A stretch of 58,796 nucleotides of DNA from Actinomycetota bacterium (GTDB taxonomy: Bacteria; Actinomycetota; UBA4738; HRBIN12). Position 1 is the stretch's first letter, and each line of letters starts with the position of its first letter. Below are positions 1 through 8,601 of this stretch, piece by piece. The stretch is taken from positions 1 through 58,796 of the forward strand of contig JBQTIP010000209.1 of assembly GCA_052388025.1 (NCBI GenBank), given 5' to 3'. The notes beneath the pieces are model-generated. The model saw only the letters and a program-made list of their open reading frames with translations. It was not told the DNA's origin and made no database searches. A program made the translations under genes and the position numbers.

Positions 1-20
1 ATCCGGCGGCCGGCGGCCCG

Positions 21-49
21 TTGCCCGCTCTCGGAGCCCGTGCTACGCT
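21..49 (+). promoter_or_regulatory. candidate sigmaA-type promoter upstream of cspA
   Basis: TTGCCC (21-26), 17-nt spacer, TACGCT (44-49), about 30 nt upstream of the cspA start. Pattern match only. Confidence 0.3.
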
Positions 50-79
50 CGCCCGGCTTCAGGCACAGGAGGTACTGGG

Positions 80-286
80 TTGGCGACGCAGGGCACGGTC
101 AAGTGGTTCAGCAACGAGAAGGGCTTCGGGTTCATCGCCCGACCCGACGGCGACGACGTCTTCGTGCACTTCTCCGCGATCGAGGGCGAAGGATTCCGCA
201 GCCTTACCGAGGGCCAGGAGGTGGAGTTCGACGTCGTCGAAGGCCCGAAGGGCAAGCAGGCTGCGAACGTCCGACCCGTCTCCTGA
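80..286 (+). CDS. cspA: cold-shock protein (CspA family, cold-shock domain)
   Basis: 68 aa. RNP1 KGFGFI and RNP2 VFVHF motifs. TTG start 6 nt after AGGAGGT (67-73). Confidence 0.95.
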   Translation: MATQGTVKWFSNEKGFGFIARPDGDDVFVHFSAIEGEGFRSLTEGQEVEFDVVEGPKGKQAANVRPVS

Positions 287-319
287 TCCCCTCGCCCGCT
301 CTGCGCGCGCGGCGGCTCG

Positions 320-349
320 TCGACACTCCGATCGACCTGCACCTATACT
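320..349 (+). promoter_or_regulatory. candidate promoter of the infC-rpmI-rplT operon
   Basis: TCGACA (320-325), 18-nt spacer, TATACT (344-349). Pattern match only. Confidence 0.3.
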
Positions 350-380
350 CTGCGGGAATGTCTTGATCACGGTCCTTCAA

Positions 381-405
381 GCGCCGGCGTCGGTCGGTGC
401 TTTTT
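381..405 (+). terminator. hairpin plus T5 tract (cspA terminator and/or infC leader attenuator)
   Basis: Stem GCGCCG 381-386 with CGGTGC 395-400 (one G-U pair), 8-nt loop, then TTTTT 401-405. Confidence 0.5.
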
Positions 406-444
406 GTCAGTGGGAGGTGATGCGGGGTATCGGCTGATCCGCGG

Positions 445-969
<525 letters not shown>

Positions 970-976
970 AGACGGT

Positions 977-1168
977 ATGCCGAAGATGAAGACGCACAGC
1001 GCCAGCTCCAAGCGGTTCCGTATCACGCGCACCGGAAAGGTGCTTCACGGCAAGGCGACGGGCAACCACATGCTCACCAAGAAGAGCGGCTCCCGCCGGC
1101 GCCGAGTCGAGGGCATGTCCGAGGTGACGGCCGAGCGCCGCACGGTGAAGCGCATGCTGGCGGAGTGA
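977..1168 (+). CDS. rpmI: 50S ribosomal protein L35
   Basis: 63 aa, [15 protein letters not shown]-terminus, located between infC and rplT. Confidence 0.95.
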   Translation: MPKMKTHSASSKRFRITRTGKVLHGKATGNHMLTKKSGSRRRRVEGMSEVTAERRTVKRMLAE

Positions 1169-1172
1169 CCGA

Positions 1173-1541
1173 ATGGCCAGGGTGAAACGATCCGTCCACG
1201 CGAGGAAGAAGCGCCGGGAGATCCTCGAGCAGGCCAAGGGCTACTACGGGGCCCGGTCGCGGCGCCTGCGGGTGGCCAAGGAGCAGATCATGCACTCCGG
1301 GGCCTACGCCTATCGGGATCGGCGCGACCGCAAGGGCCAGTTCCGTCGCCTGTGGATCACGCGGATCGGGGCGGGCACGCGACAGCACGGCATGTCCTAC
1401 TCGCAGTTCATCCACGGCCTCGACCTCGTCGGCCTCGATCTCGATCGGAAGGTGCTCGCCGACATGGCCGTCCACGACCCGGCGGCGTTCGCCAGCCTCG
1501 TTGAGGCGGCCCGCGGCTCCCTCGCCGGGGTCGCGGGGTAG
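1173..1541 (+). CDS. rplT: 50S ribosomal protein L20
   Basis: 122 aa, [26 protein letters not shown]. Confidence 0.95.
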   Translation: MARVKRSVHARKKRREILEQAKGYYGARSRRLRVAKEQIMHSGAYAYRDRRDRKGQFRRLWITRIGAGTRQHGMSYSQFIHGLDLVGLDLDRKVLADMAVHDPAAFASLVEAARGSLAGVAG

Positions 1542-1605
1542 CCGTCCGGTCGCCCGGGCCGCCCGAAGAGCCTTCGCGGAGTCGGGAGCCGGTGAAGGGG
1601 GATCC

Positions 1606-3048
1606 GTGATCACCTCCCCGAACAACCGGCTCGTCGTTCGTGCGGCGAGGCTGAAGAAGCGCGCGTATCGAGAGCGAGATCGCCGGTTCCTGGTGGAGGG
1701 GGCGCAGGGGATCGCCGAGGCGCTTGGCCCCCCGGTCCTCATCGAGCATCTGCTTCACACGGCCGAGTCGCACGCGGTCGTGCAGCGCGCGATCCGGGAA
1801 GGGGTCGCGGTGGACCGGGTGAGCGACGAGGTCATGCAACGGCTCACTTCCACCGTCACGCCGCAAGGGCTTGTCGCGATCGCGCCGTTCGTGGACGTCG
1901 ACCTAGATGCGATCCCGGATCCGGCCCGGTGCGTGGCCGTGCTGCACGCGGTGCGAGACCCCGGCAACGCGGGAACCGTGCTCCGATCGGCGGACGGCGC
2001 CGGAGCGGATGCGGTCGTGTTCACCGCGTCGTCGGTCGACGTCTATAACCAGAAGACCGTCCGGGCGTCCGCGGGGTCCGTGTTCCATCTCCCCATCGTG
2101 CGAGGTGTGGACACCGCTGCGTCGGTCGGGAGGCTTCGGGACCGGGGGTTCAGGGTGTGCGCAACCGCGGCCGGCGGCGACGTCGATCTGTTCGAGCTGG
2201 ACCTCCGGCCGGCGACCGCGTTCCTCTTCGGCAACGAGGCGTGGGGACTTCCGAAGGACGTCGCGGATCTGGCCGACGTCACCGTCCGCGTGCCTCTGGC
2301 AGGGAGAGCGGAGTCCCTGAACCTCGCCGCCGCAGCCACACTCTGCCTCTTCGAGTGGAGCCGCCAACAGCGCGAGGGCCGCAGGGTGGCCCTCGAGGCC
2401 GTCATCGCCTCGGCCGCTCACGACATCCGATCCCCCCTCACGGCGATGAAGGGCTTCGGATATGCCCTTGCGGCGCGATGGACCAACATGACCAACGAGC
2501 AGCGGACGGTGATGCTCCAGGGGATCGTCTACGACACCGACCGTCTGGATGCCATGGTGAAGCAGCTGGTCGACGCGGCCCGGGTCACCTCCGGACACCT
2601 GGATCTCTTCCCCGAGCTCGTGAACGTCGGCGATCTCGTGGCGAACGTGGCGCAGATGCTTGGGCGCGATCCCGAGCTGCCCGAGATCGTCTGGGACGGC
2701 GGAGACGTGGTCGCGATGGTCGATCCGGACCGACTTCGGATGGCGATCGGGGCCTTCGTGGAAGCGGAGGCGTGGTGGGCCTGGGAGGGGCCGATTCACG
2801 TGACCGCGGAGCAGACGGAGGGCCGGCTCCGGGTCGAGGTCTACCGTCGCGGCACCGACCTGGTGAAGGAGGACGGCGAATCCCTGTTCCATCCGCGACC
2901 GCCCGGGGCAGCGGGAGGGAGCAAGGTCGGGCTGTTCGTAGCCCGCGGTGTGGCGGAGGTGCAGGGAGGCACCGCGACCGTGGAGGTCGCGGACGGCCTG
3001 CGGTTCCGTCTGGAGATCCCGTCGGAGGGAGTCGCTCAACCCGTCTGA
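1606..3048 (+). CDS. TrmH/SpoU-family RNA 2'-O-methyltransferase fused to a HisKA plus degenerate HATPase_c (histidine-kinase-like) C-terminal module
   Basis: Single uninterrupted frame. Likely GTG start at 1606 after GAAGGGGGA. SpoU motifs are DPGNAGTVLRSA, LFGNEAWGLP and AESLNLAAAATLCLFE. The H-box AAHDIRSPLTAM follows (His codon 2419-2421), then a kinase-like C-terminus ending GGSKVGLFVARGVAEVQGG. It lacks a recognisable N-box Asn and DxGxG. Confidence 0.8.
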   Translation: MITSPNNRLVVRAARLKKRAYRERDRRFLVEGAQGIAEALGPPVLIEHLLHTAESHAVVQRAIREGVAVDRVSDEVMQRLTSTVTPQGLVAIAPFVDVDLDAIPDPARCVAVLHAVRDPGNAGTVLRSADGAGADAVVFTASSVDVYNQKTVRASAGSVFHLPIVRGVDTAASVGRLRDRGFRVCATAAGGDVDLFELDLRPATAFLFGNEAWGLPKDVADLADVTVRVPLAGRAESLNLAAAATLCLFEWSRQQREGRRVALEAVIASAAHDIRSPLTAMKGFGYALAARWTNMTNEQRTVMLQGIVYDTDRLDAMVKQLVDAARVTSGHLDLFPELVNVGDLVANVAQMLGRDPELPEIVWDGGDVVAMVDPDRLRMAIGAFVEAEAWWAWEGPIHVTAEQTEGRLRVEVYRRGTDLVKEDGESLFHPRPPGAAGGSKVGLFVARGVAEVQGGTATVEVADGLRFRLEIPSEGVAQPV

Positions 3049-3076
3049 GCAGGGGCGCTTGCTAGACTCCCGACCC

Positions 3077-4129
3077 ATGGACGCCTCGGAAGCGCTTCGC
3101 ATACTCCAAGACGAGCGCGCCCGAGGACTCGCGCTGATCGCCGAGGCGGCATCCCCCGAACAGCTCGAGAGAGCCAAGATCGCCGTCCTCGGCCGCAGAA
3201 CCCCGTACTCGGATGTCCAGCGAGCGTTGGGCTCACTGGGGGAAGACGACCGACGGATCGCCGGGAGGCTCGCCAACGAGGTTCGGGAGGCGCTGGAGGC
3301 GGCCCTTGAGGACCGCCGGGCGGAGCTAGGTCGCGAGGAGGAAGGTCGGCTCCTCGCAGCCGACCGGTTCGACGTGACGCTCCCCGGCCGGCGGCTGCGG
3401 ATGGGATCCCTTCATCCACTCACGATCGTGGAGTACGAGATCGTCGAGATCTTCACGCGCATGGGCTACCGGGTGGCCGAGGGTCCCGAGATCGAGAACG
3501 ACTGGTACAACTTTCAAGCCCTGAACATCCCAGCCGATCACCCGGCCCGCACGCTGAAGGACTCGCTGTACCTGGCCGTTCCGGGTCACGACCTGCTCCT
3601 CAGGACTGAGACCTCCGCCGTTCAGATCCGGACGATGGAGGTGCAGGACCCTCCTGTGTACGTCGTCGCACCGGGTCGCACGTACCGTCGCGAAGCCGTC
3701 GACGCGACGCATCTCTCGGTCTTCCACCAGGTCGAGGGGCTCGCCGTAGACGAAGGGATCTCCTTCTCGGACCTGAAGGGGACGCTCGAGGCGTTCGCAC
3801 GGGCGATGTTCGGGCCCGAGCGGCAGGTGCGCATGAACCCCGACTACTTCCCGTTCGTAGAGCCGGGCGCGCAGGTCGCAGTGTCGTGCTTCAGGTGCGA
3901 CGGTGCGGGCTGCGCTCTCTGCGGAAATGGGTGGATCGAGCTCCTCGGGGCGGGGATGGTGCACCCGAAGGTCCTGGAGAACTGCGGCTACGACTCGGAG
4001 CGCTACACGGGGTTCGCCTTCGGCATGGGCATCGAGCGTGTGGCGATGGTCCGCTACGGCGTGAACGACATGCGCCTGTTCGTGGACGGCGACGTGCGGT
4101 TCCTGGAGCAGTTCGAGGGCGTGGCGTGA
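3077..4129 (+). CDS. pheS: phenylalanine--tRNA ligase alpha subunit
   Basis: ATG at 3077 (MDASEALRIL). HPLT, YRREAVDATHLSVFHQVEG, FPFVEPG and GAGMVHP class II motifs. Confidence 0.93.
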   Translation: MDASEALRILQDERARGLALIAEAASPEQLERAKIAVLGRRTPYSDVQRALGSLGEDDRRIAGRLANEVREALEAALEDRRAELGREEEGRLLAADRFDVTLPGRRLRMGSLHPLTIVEYEIVEIFTRMGYRVAEGPEIENDWYNFQALNIPADHPARTLKDSLYLAVPGHDLLLRTETSAVQIRTMEVQDPPVYVVAPGRTYRREAVDATHLSVFHQVEGLAVDEGISFSDLKGTLEAFARAMFGPERQVRMNPDYFPFVEPGAQVAVSCFRCDGAGCALCGNGWIELLGAGMVHPKVLENCGYDSERYTGFAFGMGIERVAMVRYGVNDMRLFVDGDVRFLEQFEGVA

Positions 4130-6498
4130 AGATCGTCCTCTCCTGGCTGCGGGAGCTCTGCCCAACCGATCTGCCCGCCGAGGAGCTCGCGGAGCTGCTT
4201 ACGTCCAAGGGTGCCGAGGTCGAGGAGATCGTTCGGCCCTGGGAGCGGCTGTCCGGGGTCGTCGTCGCCCGCGTGATCGATGTCCGCGACCACCCCGGCT
4301 CGGAGAAGCTGTGCCTTGCGCGAGTCTCCACGGGTGCCGGTGAGCGCGAGGTCGTGGTCGGCGTGAGAAACATGCGGGCCGGAGACCTGGTCCCGCTCGC
4401 GGGTCCAGGGGCGACCGTCCCGGCGCTCCCCGAGCCGCTCACCGCCAAGAGTATCCGCGGTGTCGTGTCCGACGGCATGATCTGCTCACCGATGGAGCTC
4501 GGGATCGCGCCGAGCCACGATGGGATCCTGATCCTCCCCAAGGGCCCGGCACCGGGAGACGACGTCAAGGCCGCACTCGGCCTCGACGATGTCGTCCTCG
4601 ATATCGAAGTCACTCCGAACCGGCCCGACTTCCTGTCAGTCGTCGGCATCGCTCGGGAGGTCGCGGCTGCCACGGGCGTGGCGCTGGCGACGCCGGACGC
4701 CTCGCCCGTGGAGGAGGACGAAAAGGCCGAGGGCGTCGCTACCGTGGATATCTGGGATCTCGAACGCTGCCCCCGTTACCTGGCTCGGATCATCCGCGAC
4801 GTTCGCCACGTGCCGTCTCCCGTGCGGGTCCAGGCGCGGCTCACCGCTGCGGGCGTGCGGCCGATCTCGGCCGCCGTCGACGCTACCAACTACGCGATGC
4901 TCGAGATCGGTCAGCCGCTACACCCCTTCGACCTCGCCCTGTTGAAGGGACCGGGGATCGTCGTTCGCCGCGCCGAGGATGGAGAGCACCTCGTGACGCT
5001 CGACGGCGTCGAGCGCGTGTTCTCGGCCGACGACCTCATGATCGCCGACCTCGAACGGGCCGTCGCCGTCGCGGGCGTGATGGGCGGAGCCCTGGCGGAG
5101 GTCTCCGACGCCACCACCGACATCTTGCTCGAAGGCGCGTCGTTCGAGCGGGGTGGGGTCCAGCGGACCCGCCGGCGGATCGATCTCTCGACCGAGGCGT
5201 CGATGCGTTTCGAGCGGGGCGTGGACCCCGAGGCCGTCGCCTTGGCAGCGGACCGCGCCTGCCGCCTCATGGCGGAGTGGTGCGGGGCACGCGTGCTCGC
5301 CGGGGCGGTGGAGGCGGGCGGAGCGCCCGAGCGTCGCAGGATCGCGATACGTGCCTCGCGGGCCACTCGGCTCCTCGGGTACGAGGTGGCGTCCGCCGAC
5401 GCGGCCCGCGTGTTCGAGCGGCTCGGCATGCCGTCCGAGGGGGACGGCGACGCCGTCACCGTCGAGATCCCCGGGTACCGCGTGGATATCGAACGGGAGA
5501 TCGACCTCATCGAAGAGGTGGTCCGGGTTCAGGGCTACGAGCGCGTCGGCTCCACCCTGCCCCCGGTCCGGCAGGCGGGGGGCATGCCGGATGCCTACGC
5601 GTTCCGCGCTCGCATCCGTCGATCCCTCGTCCGGGCAGGACTCCGAGAGGTACGGCTGCTGTCGTTCGCGTCGTCGGCGGACCTCGATCTCACCGGCGAT
5701 CGCGACGCGGTGCGGGTGGCGAACCCCCTGGACGCCGAGGAGGGGTGGCTTCGAATGCGCCTGCTTCCGGGCCTGCTTCGAGCCCTTCGCACCAACCTGT
5801 CCAGGCAGGTCCGCGGCGCGGCACTTTTCGAGGTAGGGACCGTCTTCCGGCGCGCCGACCCGATCGAGGAGCGACAGATGGTCGCGATGATCCTCGGCGG
5901 CCGAGCCTCCCAGACCTGGACCGAGGCCGAGCGGTCCTTCGACTTCTTCGATGCCAAGGGTGCGGTCGAGGCCCTCCTCGGCGATCTCGGGATCGCCCAA
6001 TGGTCGCTCGGCGAGTCACCGGGGGAGGCTCTCCATCCGGGGCGCTCGGCGGCGGTACTGATCGATGGAGAGCGCGCCGGCGTGGTGGGCGAGCTGCACC
6101 CGGGGGTCGCGGAGCGCACGGACGTCTCGGGACGCGTGGCGGTCGCGGAGCTGGAGGTGGGCGTCCTCGTTAGGCACTCATCCGCCGAGCTCGCCGCCGG
6201 CGAAATCTCCCGCTTTCCCCCGGTCCGGCGGGATCTCTCGTTCCTGGTCGATGCCGAGGCTCCGGCGGGCGCGGTGCGGAGCGCCATCGTGGAGGAGGGG
6301 GGGGACTTGCTCGATTCGTGTCTGCTCTTCGACGTCTTCTCTGGGGACCCGCTGCCGGCCGGCAAGAAGAGCCTGGCCTTCTCCGTGGACTTCCGCGCGG
6401 CTGACCGGACCCTCGAGAACGAGGAGGCCGATGCCGCCGTGGCGGCGATCGTCGATCGGCTTTCGAAGGACTTCGGCGCGGAGCTCCGGGCAGGCTAG
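4126..6498 (+). CDS. pheT: phenylalanine--tRNA ligase beta subunit
   Basis: GTG at 4126 overlaps the pheS stop (GTGA). VKIVLSWLRELCP N-terminus, tRNA-binding domain, B3/4 and B5 regions, FDVF...GKKSLAFS C-terminus. Confidence 0.93.
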   Translation: MKIVLSWLRELCPTDLPAEELAELLTSKGAEVEEIVRPWERLSGVVVARVIDVRDHPGSEKLCLARVSTGAGEREVVVGVRNMRAGDLVPLAGPGATVPALPEPLTAKSIRGVVSDGMICSPMELGIAPSHDGILILPKGPAPGDDVKAALGLDDVVLDIEVTPNRPDFLSVVGIAREVAAATGVALATPDASPVEEDEKAEGVATVDIWDLERCPRYLARIIRDVRHVPSPVRVQARLTAAGVRPISAAVDATNYAMLEIGQPLHPFDLALLKGPGIVVRRAEDGEHLVTLDGVERVFSADDLMIADLERAVAVAGVMGGALAEVSDATTDILLEGASFERGGVQRTRRRIDLSTEASMRFERGVDPEAVALAADRACRLMAEWCGARVLAGAVEAGGAPERRRIAIRASRATRLLGYEVASADAARVFERLGMPSEGDGDAVTVEIPGYRVDIEREIDLIEEVVRVQGYERVGSTLPPVRQAGGMPDAYAFRARIRRSLVRAGLREVRLLSFASSADLDLTGDRDAVRVANPLDAEEGWLRMRLLPGLLRALRTNLSRQVRGAALFEVGTVFRRADPIEERQMVAMILGGRASQTWTEAERSFDFFDAKGAVEALLGDLGIAQWSLGESPGEALHPGRSAAVLIDGERAGVVGELHPGVAERTDVSGRVAVAELEVGVLVRHSSAELAAGEISRFPPVRRDLSFLVDAEAPAGAVRSAIVEEGGDLLDSCLLFDVFSGDPLPAGKKSLAFSVDFRAADRTLENEEADAAVAAIVDRLSKDFGAELRAG

Positions 6499-7574
6499 GG
6501 GTCTGTCTCTCGGCGTTCGCGGGCGGCCGCAACGACCGAGACGGCGAGGAGGGTCAGGATGGCGCCACCCGCGCCGGCCACTGCGGCCAGCTGCCACGGC
6601 AGTTGTCCCCGCGTCACCTGTCGCCGCGCGGGCGGGGAGGCAATCTCGACCTGCTCTCGCCGGGTAACCTCGAACGTGAAACGGCCGATCCAGCCGTAGC
6701 CACGGTCGTGGTAGACGCGCACGGCCACGGGATATAGGTCCGGCCGCAACTCCGGGACCTTGAACTTCAGCTCGTAGTCGCACACGCCTCGAAGCCGTCC
6801 CCCATCCAGCTCCGCGACCGCGAACGGCTGGAGTCCTTCGACGGGCGCCACGGTCTCCTCGTCCAGATGGTCGATGCGCTCGTTCCACCAGAGCTCGATC
6901 CCGGTGGCGGGGTAATAGAAACCGTCCTCGCCACGGAGCGTGGGGCCGAACACAGTGACCGTGTCCCCGGCGGCCCCGTGGTCGACGTTGATCGACGACC
7001 AGTCGTGCGGGCTCCCGGGGCAGCGGTTCACCACGATGCTCGAAAGTGTGGCGAGGGTCGTTTGCCGGATGGACCCCGGAGCCTCGCCCCCGAACACGAT
7101 CCGCGCCCGGATGAACCGATCTGCTTCCTGGAACCTGATGACCGAGGCACCTGTACCTTCGGAGCACCGATCGGTGGCGGGTGCTAGATCCCCAAGGCCG
7201 AAGGGCCGGTCGTGCTCGAGAAATGCGCCTGGATCCCTCGGCGAGTAGATCTCCGAAACCCAGAAGAGGGCGCCGGCTGGGGGAAGAGCCCTCAACGCTC
7301 GCGTGGGCATGCAGTCGCCGCCCCTCCCGATTCGGTACGAGGCCACGGCGAACTCCGCTCCGTAGGAGGGACGCCGGACCAGTGTCCAGTCCACCGGCGT
7401 GAGGATGTGGTAGCGGTCGCCCACCGACCAAGGTATCCCACGCTCGAGAGGTGGTGGCGCCCCGGCGTCGACACCGGACCCTGAAGCCGAGGCTGCCGTG
7501 GTGCTCCAGGCCAGCACCAGGGCGGCGATAATAGCTGCAGCCCTTGTCGCGCGAACCGGGCGATGTCGACGCAT
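6495..7574 (-). CDS. hypothetical secreted or membrane-anchored protein
   Basis: Start chosen at ATG 7574 (MRRHRPVRATRAAAIIAALVLAWSTTAASASG, signal-peptide-like). C-terminal hydrophobic anchor QLAAVAGAGGAILTLLAVSVVAAA followed by RERRE. No family recognised. Its stop overlaps the pheT stop, convergently. Confidence 0.6.
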   Translation of the reverse strand: MRRHRPVRATRAAAIIAALVLAWSTTAASASGSGVDAGAPPPLERGIPWSVGDRYHILTPVDWTLVRRPSYGAEFAVASYRIGRGGDCMPTRALRALPPAGALFWVSEIYSPRDPGAFLEHDRPFGLGDLAPATDRCSEGTGASVIRFQEADRFIRARIVFGGEAPGSIRQTTLATLSSIVVNRCPGSPHDWSSINVDHGAAGDTVTVFGPTLRGEDGFYYPATGIELWWNERIDHLDEETVAPVEGLQPFAVAELDGGRLRGVCDYELKFKVPELRPDLYPVAVRVYHDRGYGWIGRFTFEVTRREQVEIASPPARRQVTRGQLPWQLAAVAGAGGAILTLLAVSVVAAARERRETDP

Positions 7575-7680
7575 GGCGGCTCCAACAAGCATTCCGTGAG
7601 GTAGACAGGCCGGAAGGCATGCTGGTTCCCATCGGGCAGCCGTTTCGCGCACCGAATGAGGCGCGGGATAGACTCCGCGC

Positions 7681-8601
7681 GTGAAGCGAGATTTCCTGTC
7701 GGTCGACGATGTCTCCGATGGCGAGCTGAAGGCTTTGCTCGATCTCTCGGCCAAGGTCAAGGCGACGCCCGAAGACTACGCGGAGCGGCTGCGCGGCAAG
7801 GCCGTCGCGATGGTCTTCGAGAAGCCGTCGACCCGGACCCGGGTGTCGTTCGAGGTGGCCATATCCTCGGCGGGCGGCCACCCCGTGCCGCTCTCTTCCG
7901 GCGAGCTCCAGCTAGGGCGGGGTGAGACCATCGAGGACACCGGGCGGGTGCTGTCGCGATACGTCGACGCGATCGTGCTTCGCACATTCGAGCAGGAGCG
8001 GCTCGAGGTGCTGGCGGCCGCGGCGAGCGTTCCAGTGATCAACGCACTGTCGAACTTCGAGCACCCCTGCCAGTGCCTCGCGGATCTCCTGACCGTGAAA
8101 GAGCAGAAAGGGGACCTCGCCGGTCGCATCCTCACCTACCTGGGGGACGGCAACAACGTGACGCACTCGTTGCTGCTGGGCGGTGCCAAGTGCGGCATGC
8201 GGGTCCGCGTGGCCACTCCACCCGGATTCGAGCCGATCCCGCTCGTCGTCCACCGTGCGGAGGAGATCGCCGCGGAGACGGGCGGCGCTATCGAGATCCT
8301 GCACGATCCCGCCCTGGCCTCCAGCGAAGCCGACGTGCTCTACACGGACGTCTGGGCCAGCATGGGCCAGGAGGCAGAGGCCGACGAGCGCGCCCTGGTC
8401 TTCCCCAGCTACAGGCTGAACAGGCGGCTCGTCGACCTGGCGAAGCCCGACGTCACCGTCCTGCACTGCCTGCCCGCCCATCGGGGCCAGGAGATCACGG
8501 ACGAGGTGATCGACGGCGCTCGATCCGCCGTGTGGGACCAGGCCGAGAACCGCTTGCACACGCAGAAGGCCCTCCTTCTCTGGCTTCTCGGTGTCGCCTG
8601 A
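7681..8601 (+). CDS. argF: ornithine carbamoyltransferase
   Basis: 306 aa. STRTRVSFE, HPCQ, DVWASMGQE and HCLPAHRG motifs. Confidence 0.92.
   Translation: MKRDFLSVDDVSDGELKALLDLSAKVKATPEDYAERLRGKAVAMVFEKPSTRTRVSFEVAISSAGGHPVPLSSGELQLGRGETIEDTGRVLSRYVDAIVLRTFEQERLEVLAAAASVPVINALSNFEHPCQCLADLLTVKEQKGDLAGRILTYLGDGNNVTHSLLLGGAKCGMRVRVATPPGFEPIPLVVHRAEEIAAETGGAIEILHDPALASSEADVLYTDVWASMGQEAEADERALVFPSYRLNRRLVDLAKPDVTVLHCLPAHRGQEITDEVIDGARSAVWDQAENRLHTQKALLLWLLGVA

Noticed and set aside
1903-3276. 457-aa minus-strand ORF
   Set aside because: It is antisense to the TrmH-HisKA fusion gene and the pheS start. It has no motifs.
6178-7881. 567-aa minus-strand ORF overlapping the pheT 3' end, the hypothetical gene and the argF 5' end
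   Set aside because: It lies in a different frame from the signal-peptide/TM-anchor protein at 6495-7574, and it overlaps two confidently called genes. Its composition is Arg/Gly-rich and artefact-like.
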